The translations under genes and the position numbers were made by a program. Shown here in pieces: positions 26,587-39,757 of a DNA stretch of 64,000 nucleotides. Below the pieces are notes generated by a model. That model was not told the origin of the DNA. It saw only the letters and a list, made by a program, of their open reading frames with translations, and ran no database searches. Position 1 is the first letter of the stretch; each line of letters starts with the position of its first letter. Source of the DNA: Eledone cirrhosa (lineage: Eukaryota). Location: contig OZ024742.1 of assembly GCA_964016885.1 (NCBI GenBank), positions 173,662,001-173,726,000 on the forward strand, written 5' to 3'.

Positions 26587-26629
26587 ACGGTGCTGATGAT
26601 AGCTAACAAGCTTGAAACTAGTACATCGT
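26587..26629 (+). ncRNA. Type I hammerhead ribozyme, subfamily B, intact
   Basis: Identical motif to 26118-26160. Confidence 0.87.
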
Positions 26630-26780
26630 TCCTGTGTCAGTGTTGAACAAAAAGGTGACGTGGCTGCCTTAACACCGTGCGGCATAAATTCAGGCTGTTC
26701 AGTTTGTTTACAAACGAACAAAGCGGGCGCTATAATAAGCGTCCGCTAAACTGATGCGTACATATATGTATGTGTACCTG

Positions 26781-26820
<40 letters not shown>

Positions 26821-26935
26821 TGCTACTGTACGTCTGTATACATATATGTATGTACGTATACATACTTACATTTAAGTAAGTGCCGTATAAGAGTGAGAAA
26901 TGAAATTTCGTTTTCATTTTATTAGAACTTATATA

Positions 26936-27816
<881 letters not shown>

Positions 27817-27861
27817 ATATACATATATATATATAGTGGTAGAAAACTGGAAGGTAATACC

Positions 27862-28048
27862 CGTAGTGGTAGAGCACTCAGTCCATGGGACGAGTTATGT
27901 AGAAGTGGTTACACAATAGTTAGTTAACCATACCGAGAACAATTGTTTCACCTTAGCGGATCCTCAGCTTGGAAACTGATTACGAGCTGAGGATCCGCTA
28001 AGGTGAAACAATTGTTCTCGGTATGGTGAACTGAGTGCTCTACCACTT
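27862..28048. repeat. Short fold-back carrying two back-to-back minimal hammerheads (family D): - at 27934-27970, + at 27983-28020
   Basis: cgag ctgagga t cc gctaa gg t gaaa caattg tt ctcg and its near-perfect reverse complement; outer arms agtggtagagcactcag/ctgagtgctctaccact. Confidence 0.75.
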
Positions 28049-28163
28049 CTCTCTCTCTCCTATATATATATATATATATATATATTACGAAGGAAAGGTG
28101 GTAAGGAACCAGGTGGACCATAACGCACCAATATACTCAATACCTAGGGTAGTAGAGTGGGTA

Positions 28164-28279
28164 ATAGGAACGAGTAGGACCCAGACGGCTGAGCTCAAGC
28201 CGTTTCGACGACTAATTCTGGACTGAAAAAAAAAATTAAAACGGCTTGAGCTCAGCCGTCGGGGTCCTACTCGTTCCTA
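28164..28279. repeat. Inverted repeat of a pLTR-like fragment holding only the 3' half of a hammerhead
   Basis: gaaa cggc ttgagctca gccg tc on -, mirrored on +; related gaaa cggc aagatatga gccg tc at ~42152-42174. Confidence 0.55.
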
Positions 28280-28427
28280 TATATATATATATATATATAT
28301 ATATACTTACACATACACATGAGCTGATGACCAAATAATGTTTGTACAAGTTGAAAACATGTATGTATACATATATATAAATCCCTCTATATATATACAC
28401 ATGCACATGTACACACATACACATACT

Positions 28428-28510
<83 letters not shown>

Positions 28511-28620
28511 AATTAGTATATCTACCAACATATATATACAGATGCATACCTACGCTAGCAAATATATACATTTTGTCTTAGTAACTTTGTGGTTCAATGC
28601 AAGGAGATGCAGAACAATTA

Positions 28621-29340
28621 TATGAAAGACGTAAAATAAGAAAATTATAAAAATTAACTTACTTACTAAAATTTCACTCCAACTAATTAGTTTCTAAAAG
28701 GGAATAAACATGGTTTCCGAATGGAACATGGAGAATACCTTTCGTCATCAGGAAGTCAATTCTCAGCTAAGTTCCCAGGCGATGCGTGGACACAGGGAAC
28801 AATAATTCAGTGGATGGAAAAAAGCAAACGAGGACTAAATCCCAGGACATTGAAAAAATCAGTGCCTACTTGGTCGGTGGCAAATTCAGAAGAATCAATC
28901 ACGTGACATCGAGGTTAATGAGTGAGGTGTTAATAATTATCTCCAAATTATTTTGTTGAGTAAAAATTTGCCAAAACTACAACTATAGTTCATAGTAATA
29001 GCCAGTCTACTCTCTTATTAACACCCCACTCCTCACTGATTAACCTCGATGTCACGTGATTGATTCTTTTGAATTTGCCACCGACCAAGTGGGCACTGAT
29101 TTTTTTCAATGTCCTGGAATTTTGTCCTCGCTTACTTTTTTCCATCCACTGAATTATTTTTGTATAAGTTCCCTGTGTCCACGCATCGCCTGGGAACTTA
29201 GCTGAGAATTGACTTCCTGATGACGAAAGGTATTCTCCATATTCCATTCGGAAACCATGTTTATTCCCTTTCAGAAAGTAATTAGTTGGAGTGAAATTTT
29301 AGTAAGTAAGTTAATTTTTATAATATTCTTATTTTACGTC

Positions 29341-29350
<10 letters not shown>
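28621..29350. repeat. Fold-back with ~310 bp arms (28621-28930 / 29024-29350)
   Basis: Arms are reverse complements (ORFs 28721-28906 + and 28990-29247 - are near-identical); contains ctgatga..gaaaccatgtt core-like motif. Confidence 0.85.
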
Positions 29351-29371
<21 letters not shown>

Positions 29372-29377
<6 letters not shown>

Positions 29378-29835
29378 TAACAGATTAAAGTTTAAGCAAA
29401 GAATCGCTGCTTTCACCCTTAACGGGATCTTCTGAAACTAACAAAGTCAATCTGTAATCGCAGAGCTGGATATTTCAAAAACCGTTGCAACCGGAGGAAG
29501 ACAGGAAGACGATACTTTGGTTCGTGGAAACGTTCGCTGGCAAAGAACGGGAAAGAACGAATAACACGTCATTAATAGGAGCGGTGAAAAACAATTACGC
29601 GCAAAGACAGAACCACGTTTATGGTATAAAAGAGGTCATAGACTAATGTTCTCTTAGGTGGTGCATAGAGACGTTCTCTGGCAATGAACGAAAAAACGAA
29701 GATAATACGTCATATTTGGTGCGTGGAGAACAATAGCACGCAAAGACACAACCACGTAAATGGTATAGCAGAAGTCGTAGACTAAAATTCGAGCCCTCTT
29801 TGGATTTTAGTCTTCAAATTAATTATTATTACTAT
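29372..29835 (-). mobile_element. Solo Penelope pLTR-like element (family E), inverse homolog of 55080-55500; internal ~140 bp tandem; hammerhead-like motif at 29381-29454
   Basis: Reverse complement: cagattga..agttt CAGAAGA t ccc gttaa ggg t GAAA gcag cgattct ttgc TT aaact ttaatctg; partial third copy at ~35903-35956. Confidence 0.7.
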
Positions 29836-30235
29836 ATATATATAGATATATATTGTGTGTGTGTGAATGGGAAATACCAAAGATCATTTATTGAAAGTCT
29901 CTGGATATGTATACTTTTTATTAGAGAAGGTAAAACAGTATACTATTTCACAATGATGTAAACATTCAATTATAACATTCTGTATTAATATTTAGTATTG
30001 CTGTATACTGCCAGTAATATGTACAGTATATATATATAGACTATAATTAATAAAAAAAAAATACACACCTTTTTCCGTACAAATTTGATTTCACTGTTTT
30101 GTTTTCACTTATGTATTTTTTTAACATGTTATTTATTTATAATACAAATTATATGATAGCATTCTATATGTGGGTGGGCCCCATTCATCTCCTGGCAACC
30201 AATATTTTTAGACCCAGTCCGCCACTGAATATATG

Positions 30236-30327
<92 letters not shown>

Positions 30328-31256
30328 TGAATGTTGGTGACTGTGCGTGCGTGTGGGGGGGGGGGGGCGTGTGTGTGGAATGCGTTGCTTGATTCAGTTT
30401 ATAGAAAATGTACGTCGAATAAATTATTAAACAAAATAATATATTCTGCCAGATACATTACATTAATAAAACACATTTTACCTGTCGGTATTTTTCAATT
30501 AAAAGTATATGAGAAAGACGAAGTAATCAAAATTTTAGATATTATACTATAACGATTAACCAGGAATCTAATTTTCGGAAGCAATCCAATACACATAAGA
30601 ATTGAAATAATTACTTTAATTACTATCTAGTCGTCTTGAAAATTAATAAACTAATTATTTTATCAAATCTCTACAGGCTTATATAATGACATCAATCGTA
30701 GGGGATGGCAGAACTTATTTATTATTTACATTTTACTCTGTGGTTGAGTTGATGTAATATGCACTTATTCTCTCTAATGCATCTACATTGAGACAGAAAC
30801 TATACTGTCTATTACATCAATCTGAAATCTTTGGGGATATTAACATCAACAAACGATAGTGAAACAAATTAAGTCGGGAAAGAATTATTAACTACTAACA
30901 CTATTAACAATGATGTAGCACAAATAATATAAGCCGAGTATCAGATCGGACCAAGAAATTAATGTTTCCATTTTTCATTTGCCGGTCGGAACTCCTGTCA
31001 GAAAGAAACAGGATCTGATCAAGGAACCTAATAATCCGGATGAGATACAGCAAAGCACTTTATCTGATTCCGTACCAATTCTGCCAGTTCACGATCCCAT
31101 CACCTGTTGGTTATTCATCGATTCTGAAATGACTGAAGTGCAAAGTTAACCTCGGCGTATTTCACCTCAGATCATGATGCACCGGAGAAGCAACCGGGTT
31201 ATTTATTCAGACCCTCTAAGTACTTACCCTCTAACAATAGCGCAAACAATATATAA

Positions 31257-31436
31257 TTGTTTCTACTTTTGGCACAAGGCCAGTAATTACCCAGTGCATT
31301 ACTGGTACTTTATTTTATCGCCCCGTAAGGATGAAAGGTAAAGTCAACCTCGGCGGGATTTGAACTCAGATCGTAAAGGGACGTAACTATGCTGGAAAGC
31401 ATGGCGTCCGATCCTCTACTGATGCTGCCAATCCAC
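31257..31436 (-). mobile_element. tRNA-derived SINE, same family as 20049-20226
   Basis: High identity over the full length; further partial or decayed copies near 21710-21800, 31120-31180, 32420-32560, 35333-35460 and 57265-57362. Confidence 0.88.
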
Positions 31437-34400
31437 ATACACGGAGATTTTGCAACAGAAACTAGATCACAGGATTCAAACACTCATAATCTCCACTCAA
31501 CTGTTGTGCTGTAAATGGGAGTGAACAGGAATTTGCTTTAATGATTTATTCCAAGTCCATCATTGTTTCCGTGGAGAGCACATGGGTCCGGTATGTTTCT
31601 CGTTGAGTGTAAGTAGAATTTGAGCTTAGAACGCATAAAAGTGACACTGAGATACACCGCTATACCTCTCTGCCATTCCACTACCCTAGAGTGGTATTTT
31701 ATTTATCGAGCCTGATGATGGAGTGTAAATTTGACACTAATGAGATTAAAGGTCCCTCCCAAAGGAACACCCGCCGGACATGGTGCTCGAACCATCAGCA
31801 GGGTAAGTAGACGCCTTTCTGTTCTCATCAGCTGTCAACATATTCGACTTTCCCATTTTCCGTAGTTACTGGCCTTGTGCAGATTTAAAAACAAGTGTTG
31901 GCATAAACGCTTAAGAGCCAGAATAAATGTTTAGGTTTACTTAGTAAGATAGAATACTTTCCATGTGGTATTTATATTTTATCCATATTGGGTCAATAAA
32001 TTAATACCTGGAATGTATTGAAGTCAGTTTTCACAACGAAATTCTCACCAAATCAATATGAGACTTAGTGCCAATGTACAAAAATCAATTTTAATACCTG
32101 CCTGAGTCAAACGTCACTGAGTTTGTTTTATTGATTTTCCACTTGAAAAATAAAATTTAGCAATTTCGCATATTTATCATTAGTATATGTTTTCCCAGGA
32201 ATCTTCTTTGGTGTATGTATCCGTGCATGTCAAGTGGTTGCATCATTGCTTACATTATTAGTGTAGTTATAACACCCTTTTCAACAAAGTAGCTCACTCT
32301 GAAAATGTTAATCACTAACAATTATTTATACGCTAATATTACTAAGTAAACTTTACGTCTATACAGTTTTTCAACCATTAAGTGTATTTTTCGTTCCCTG
32401 CATTTTTCAAAAGGACGACGGCAGTGTCATTAGAGCATTGGAGTAAAAATGCCTCTGTACGTCTACCAGCTGAGGGCAGTCTGAATTCCAACCCCACCGA
32501 AGTCAATTTTGCCTTTCATCCTTTCGAGGTAGACAATTAAGCAGCCACTGCAGTATTAGAGTCAATTCTTCGTCACTTTCTATGTTTGGGTGAATTCGAC
32601 TGTGTTTCAATCTGGAGAGGAATTGGCTCTACTTGTTTTAAAATGATGAAGACACATCATGTGTCAGAACAACACCCTTACGAATCCACGTGGTGGTAAA
32701 GCCTATTTACCTTTACCGTTTATTAAAAAGTGGCTATTACTTTCCCATTAATCTGAGCGATCTTTGATAAATCATCTGCTATGCAGAGGAACTTATTGCT
32801 TAAATGTTCTATTTGTATTCTCCGTAGATGACGTAAGAGAAATAGTGTGGCCAGTGACAGGAGATGTTATTAGATATTTTGTTTAATATCTAATAATAGA
32901 GATTTTTTCTTCCTCAGTGTAGTTAAAGTATAATTTTTTACACATGTAATTAATTCTGTTAATGAAATGCTTGTAATTTGAAAGGAAATTAGAATAGTAC
33001 CATTAAAGTAGTTTTTTCGGTGCTGTTGACGCCAGAAACAGGAGTAGTCGTGTTTCTGGCGTCATAAATACTTCGACTGAAAGCTAATGAGCGGGGATGA
33101 TTCTGTTTGTAAACGTCCTCTTTCTCTCTTTGCTACCGATTACGTATGACCTTTTTCACTACCTCTGCGCTATCCTTTAATATCCAGCAATCTTCTATCT
33201 GTTGCTACCATTTTTGTCAGGTTTTACTGACTATGCCTACTGGTAATGGTACGCAGATTCTTCCACTTATTTTGCTTCTTTCTATTGCAACTTTCTTTCC
33301 TTTTTTTTCTCTCACTCTCTTATTTCCTCTCTCATACCTTTTACTCATGGCAAATCCCCCCCCCCCCCCATTATTGCCGTTTCTAGTTCGTTCCACTAGT
33401 TTATTTCATTCTATTGGCCATCATTGTAATAATACGACGTCCTTTATTTCGATATTCCATTACTTTTGTTTCATCGATTCTCTTCCCCTAAGCATTATTC
33501 CGTTAACTACCTACTTGTTCCCTATATAGTCGAAAGACTGGTATTTGACTGTATAATTATAATGATAACTATATCAACAGTTATATATTTAATTGTTCCA
33601 TGTATAATCTTTTAGCGCCAATGAACGACGTCTGTGACATATTTTCGTTTCTGTATGATACCAGAGTAGTGTTGGAATAAATTCTTTATGCTATTGATAT
33701 CGTCGGATTGAGTCTTATGCTTACAAATCATCGAAATATATCCATTTTACAGCTGATAAACTGGAATGGGGAAGTTTATGCTGCGTTTCGTTCACCCATT
33801 GACTATATTTGTATATTTTGTGTACAATTTTTAGAATATTCTGGATTAGCTACTTATTAAATTACCACGGTAATATATGGAAATGTCATGATTTCAATCT
33901 ACACGTTTGATGCGCAGATTGATACTGTAGTTACGTCTATCATACCTCTAAACACGAGCCGATCATCTATGGGTTATGTGCAAAGATTCATATGGTATAA
34001 AAACATGTTATATATGTATATATATATAACATATATATACTCAATGAACCAGAACAATTCTCCCCATCCATTTTTTCTTGACCATTATCTTTTGTTTGGC
34101 ATAAAATCTCTAAATAGCTACAAAAACATTCCCAAATACGTGCGCGAAATGTAATGTACTTGTTCAGGTGACAGTCATAATTTCATTTATAACCAATCAA
34201 ATTACATTTATAAAAACACTTTTTTGAGCCACTTTTGTTAAGTAAACAGAAACTCAAACACGAAATGGAGCGAAAGTTGATATGATTATTCGCGTGACTG
34301 CATCAATCAAGAACATTTCACTCATATATGAAAAAAACAATGTGAGCCTCCCCCCCCCCCCCTTTTTTAAGGTAAATATAATAAGAACTTTGTAAAGCGA

Positions 34401-34533
34401 ACTAGCCCGAAATTTATTATTCTTATTCATGTGGCAGTCTTCAACCAACCAAATTACTTTTCTAAAAACCAAGCATTTCGAGCTACATTTTTCCATATAA
34501 AACAGAAGTAACATTCGAACACCAACCAGATAC

Positions 34534-35266
34534 GAGAAAACCCACAAACACTTTATCTCAATTCTACTTTTGAAAAGCACAAGAACTGCGAAACCTGTAA
34601 AGGAACCAAATAAATATTCTTAAAAAGACTCAAGTTGCATTTTCGATTTCATCTTTTTTCCTCATATATATATATGAGAAAAACCACAAACCCTCCATCT
34701 CAATTCTACTTTTGAAAAACAGAATAACTGCGAAACCGGTAAAGGAACCAAATAAATATTCTTAAAAAGACTCAAGTTGCATTTTTGATTTCATCTTTTT
34801 TCCTCATATATATATATATATATGAGAAAAACCACAAACCCTCCATCTCAATTCTACTTTTGAAAAACAGAATAACTGCGAAACCGGTAAAGGAACCAAA
34901 TAAATATATTTTTATACAAAAAAGACTCCAGTTGCATTTTCGATTTCATCTTGTTTCCTCATATATATATATATATATGAGAAAAACCACAAACCCTCCA
35001 TCCCAATTCGACTTTTGAAAAACAGAATAACTGCGAAACCGGTAAAGGAACCAAATAAATATTCTTAAAAAGACTCAAGTTGCATTTTTGATTTCATCTT
35101 TTTTCCTCATATATATATATATATATATATCAGAAAAAACACAAACCCTCCATCTCAATTCTACTTTTGAAAAACAGAATAACTGCGAAACCGGTAAAGG
35201 AACCAAATAAATATATTTTTATACAAAAAAGACTCCAGTTGCATTTTCGATTTCATCTTGTTTCCT
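34534..35266 (+). repeat. Five-unit 142-155 bp tandem array, each unit with a U3-A8 minimal hammerhead (family F)
   Basis: ttc(ta)ctt TTGAAAA acag aataa ctgc GAAA ccgg TA aag gaa at 34704, 34852, 35007 and 35159, with a variant at 34562; units separated by variable (AT)n; alternating variants suggest a higher-order dimer. Confidence 0.8.
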
Positions 35267-35463
35267 TATACTTCGACACGTGTAGGACACCTCGTTTTTT
35301 TTTTATTTTGTAAAATAACCTCACTTTCTAATAATTGTTTCTACCTTAGGCACAAGCCCAGCAAATATCCAGTGCATTACTGGTACTTTATTTTATCGAC
35401 CCTGTAAGGATGAAAGGTAAAGTTATCCTCGACGGTCTCTACCGATACTGCCAATCCACCGGT

Positions 35464-35493
<30 letters not shown>

Positions 35494-35501
<8 letters not shown>

Positions 35502-35810
35502 GCTTTCACCGTATTTTTGACTAAAGGAATTTTAGCTTGATAACGGGGTTTAGAACCCTCAGATAAATGGAAAAAGATGAGTATTGACGTACATGCGAGT
35601 CGAACCCACATCTGTGGTTATCGCGACCACTGTGCTACCATTACACCAACACATCACCCATCTCTTTCCATTCAAATTAGAAACTACATTCTGAGCGAGT
35701 TTAAATGGCAAGTAAGTATGTTGTGAAACAGTGAGCGAGTTTGAAATTAGAAAATATATAGCTTTCACCGTATTTTTGACTAAAGGAATTTTAGCTTGAT
35801 AACGGGGTTT
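35494..35810 (-). mobile_element. ~260 bp unit with ~57 bp terminal direct repeat containing a tRNA-like cloverleaf
   Basis: atatatagctttcaccg...taacggggttt at 35494-35551 and 35754-35810. Confidence 0.7.
35585..35655 (-). pseudogene. tRNA-like sequence (tRNA-Gln-like D arm, non-canonical anticodon loop)
   Basis: GATGTGT TG GTGT AATGGTA GCAC A GTGGT CGCGATA ACCAC AGAT GTGGG TTCGACT CGCAT GTACGTC A; A and B boxes; T5 run ~10 nt downstream; lacks U33. Confidence 0.65.
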
Positions 35811-35952
35811 CCCTTCTCCTAGAATTCTGCCTTGACAAAGGCTAAGGGGTCATCTCTCCCGGTGATTTTGGACGCCCTTTGACGGGTTTTGTTTTTAGTC
35901 CTGCAGATTAAAGTTTAAGCAAAGAATCGCTGCTTTCACCCTTTACGGCATC

Positions 35953-36010
<58 letters not shown>

Positions 36011-36783
36011 TTCTTGGTTTCTAAGAACACCCAAGACATATTTTGGAATATATACATATATTTTAGCAATAAGATCACGATAAAAAGAGGTCGCGGCCAT
36101 TCCAACAGTCGATAAAAAAACTGTTTTATTCGAAAATAGGTAAGAGTTTGATCTCATCGAAAGTGCATTGCTGGGATGTTTCAATCAAGTCTCTGCTTAT
36201 TACAGGCCCATATCCTACTTTTTGTTTCACTAACTTCGGGTGGAGGTGGATGTCATTTCTTAGATAATAAACGTCATTGTATTAAATTAAATAATATGTA
36301 AATCTAAATATGTCAATGCTTTTTCGTATTATTTGTATATCTAAAACGTAGTTTTCCCTTTTGAAAAACTTGTATCCATTCATAGATTTGTGCATCTGTG
36401 TGTTGGACATCTGTCGGGTCCAACGAGGAGTTATGCAGTTGATTCGATTGACGGAACAGCCTACTCATGTCATTAACGGTAAAAAGACAGTGTATTTCGG
36501 AGAGAAGTGTGCCTTTAACGTAATTCTCAGTAAATTTTAGCGTGACATCGTATTTAAGAAGGTCTGGACCTTTGAATTATAGACACAACACACTATTGCT
36601 AGCAGAGTGAAATTAAGAATATATTGTACTGAAAGGTACCGCTGCGAGGCAATCGCACGACCGTTCTATCGTGAACAGAGCACATCAACCACTAAGTCAC
36701 TTACATTCACACATTGAAAATATTCTATGAAACACACACATACAATAGCTGAAAACTCGGTCTAGGGTGTGATATTCCTGCTA

Positions 36784-36829
<46 letters not shown>

Positions 36830-38429
36830 GAAGATGTAAAAAATAATTATATATACGTTTGTATGGTATTTTATTTACTTCAAATATTTACTTCCCATCC
36901 ACACTCTTAATGTTCCTGGATACTTTATCTATATCTCTCTATCTTCTCTCTCACTCTCTATCTCTCTCCCTCTCTTTCCTACTATCCCTGTCTCTCTCAT
37001 ATTACATGTATATGTGTGTGTGAATGGAGATAGAAAGAGAGCGAGAAAGAGCAGGAGATAGATATATACGAATACATATCTATATTTTTCTCAATATATA
37101 CCGTATTTACCGGCGTCGAAGGTGCTCTTTTTTCCTTAAATATGTCGAAAAAATATGTCATGTAACCTGGTGGTTGTGTTTCTCATATGCATATCCTAAA
37201 CCCAGCGGAAAATTATCTAGCTAGACAGTAATCTGAACACCTATATATGACCTCTCAATGAAGTATATAAATTATACTTAGTTAAAGTAATAAATAAACA
37301 AAAGTATCATGAAAATAAAATTATGTATATGTAATCGCAAAAATTGATCCCGTATAGGCAGAGTATGTTAGACGAGGCAACTGACGAGTGATAATTTTAC
37401 ATGTTGTGTCGCAATATTGTCGGTATTTTCACTCTCTTCAAACAACCCAATATTAAGGGAACACTAGATCATCTGTGACCCGTTGGGTCACGTTCACTTA
37501 TTTTTTTTAAATAACTAAAATATACACAAACATGTATATAATGTGAAATGAAACTGGAAGGCCCATATATATATATACATGTGTGTATGTATATATATAT
37601 ATAAATGTGTGTGCTTGTATACATATATATATATATTTGTGTGTATATATATAGATATATGTGGGGGTGGGGGTGATCTATATACAGTGTCATAGACACA
37701 CACATACATATATATATATACATACACACTCACATATATATATATACACAGCAACAACACCACCTCTCTCTTTCTTCGATTCTCCTTCTATGTCTCCTCT
37801 CCCTCTCTATATGTCTCTCTTTCTATCGTCTCTCTCACAACCGCTATCTCTTTCTCTCTATGCTTCTCTATCTCTCTCTCTCTCTCTCTCTCTGTTTATG
37901 ATGGTACCCAGAAACCCCATATCTCGGGAACCCGTGCTTCTATTTACGCGAAACTTGTTTTATTCCATTTGTATTCCCATTTCAGGGGCAACTCCTTTCA
38001 AAGTATTTTCCCATTATGCGACATTTTGGCTGCATTACATTACAGACAAGCAAGCAATCACAGACTTTTAGTATTAAATAGATAGATAGATAGATTACTA
38101 AGTGAAAAAAGAAGTAAATTTGTCATATGTTAAAAGGGTTTACCAGCAAATATTAAAAAGATTATCGTAATCTGTCTTGATATCAGAGCGGAAATCAGTC
38201 ACGGTTAGCAACTGTAAGGGATAACCCAAATAAGTGTTAGGATAACCAGCCAAAATAAGGTCTAGGAATATTCTGAGTGGCGTGCTGGAAGTTACAGTAT
38301 AGTTTTGCATTGGATCTGCATAGTTAACAAAGCACGAAGTTCCAGGATCTTATTTATACGTTTATTATTAATTTTTCAAATTTTTTGGTAATCCTCGAAG
38401 TCTTGAACGACGGAAAATATGGTATATTC

Positions 38430-38498
<69 letters not shown>

Positions 38499-39150
38499 TA
38501 TAATGTATATATATATGTATGTGTGGATATGTATGGATGTTTCTACGTATGTGTGTCGGGCTGTCTATCAATTTATCTATCTGCCCATCTGTCTGTTTAA
38601 CTATCCTTTTTCACTTCCAGTCTATTTTTTTCTTTTTATGAAATGTCAATTTTGTTTTCCTTTTCACATTCTTCAAATCTTCTATTTTTCTTACTCAAAT
38701 CTGTTGTTTTGAAAGTGAGAACCCGGGAGATTTTGATGATAAAACTAATATCTCTTTAGTCTATATCTGCATTTATTGTAAATTTCTCAGGAATTCACCT
38801 GGGTGCTGTAAACTTTGGAAATATTTACTAGACAAAGCAATTGTTCATTTTATTTCGACACTCGGCAGTCGTTTCAAACCCCTGGAGTGTTCTTGTAATG
38901 CCATATTAAAAACAAGTTTCTTCAAACAACGTTTTCGCAGCAATCTCAGTATTAATACTACATTACTATAGTTTCTGAGGAGAAATCTGATTCATGCGTT
39001 CAACCTATTATTCCATGTGTGTTTTCAATGGTTACACATTAGTTTTTCAATAGTATTATTAGTCGATTTACATTTGATTTAGATGTATGTCGTATATGCT
39101 GGTTTGGTGTTGTTAATTTGGTTTTGTTAGATTTGACTTTATTTCTTTCG

Positions 39151-39243
<93 letters not shown>

Positions 39244-39669
39244 ATTTGCGCTACGTTATTTAGAAATGGCTACAACTTGTGATTTTGGTTAGTAAGCATT
39301 TATGCAATAAATTAAAGCACTCGACGTTATGCCTATCATGTGCCATCCCGGACTGGTGCAGGAGCGGAGATAAATATTCATTAAAACAGAAGGTTGGACT
39401 GGAAATTTTCTTTGAAATATAGTTCAATGAACCAATTTCATCGTCCGATCTTGGTGCAAAGCATACGTGATTTCTGGGAGAGGTTGACGTTACAATAACA
39501 CCGAATTGGCAGGCCTTTCCCGAATCAAATCTGTTTGCAATGTTCTCTATTTGTGTTCGTCGTAATCTTAACTTATGTAACTAATTCTGCATAGTGTTTT
39601 CGAGGAATTAATATTGTAAAGAAAGTTTCCTGTCTGGCTTTCTGATATTTTTAATGAGCATATATAAAC

Positions 39670-39752
<83 letters not shown>

Positions 39753-39757
<5 letters not shown>

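Noticed and set aside
29211-29268. Intact hammerhead in the 28.6-29.3 kb fold-back
   Set aside because: CUGAUGA, CGAA/UUCG and GAAAC..GUU are present, but stem I does not pair next to the core; kept only as a remnant
29850-34500. Host gene exons in the less repetitive stretch
   Set aside because: Only short, compositionally biased ORFs and SINE relics; small exons cannot be excluded without RNA-seq
34534-35266. CRISPR-like array
   Set aside because: Eukaryotic context; the repeats are ~135 bp and the variable parts are only (AT)n, not unique spacers
35585-35655. Functional tRNA-Ser(CGA) gene
   Set aside because: No U33 or purine 37, G-G mismatch in the T stem, no long variable arm, and it is embedded in a repeat unit
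37098-37170. pogo/mariner-type terminal inverted repeat (taccgtatttaccggcgt)
   Set aside because: I could not find a matching second TIR or any transposase remnant
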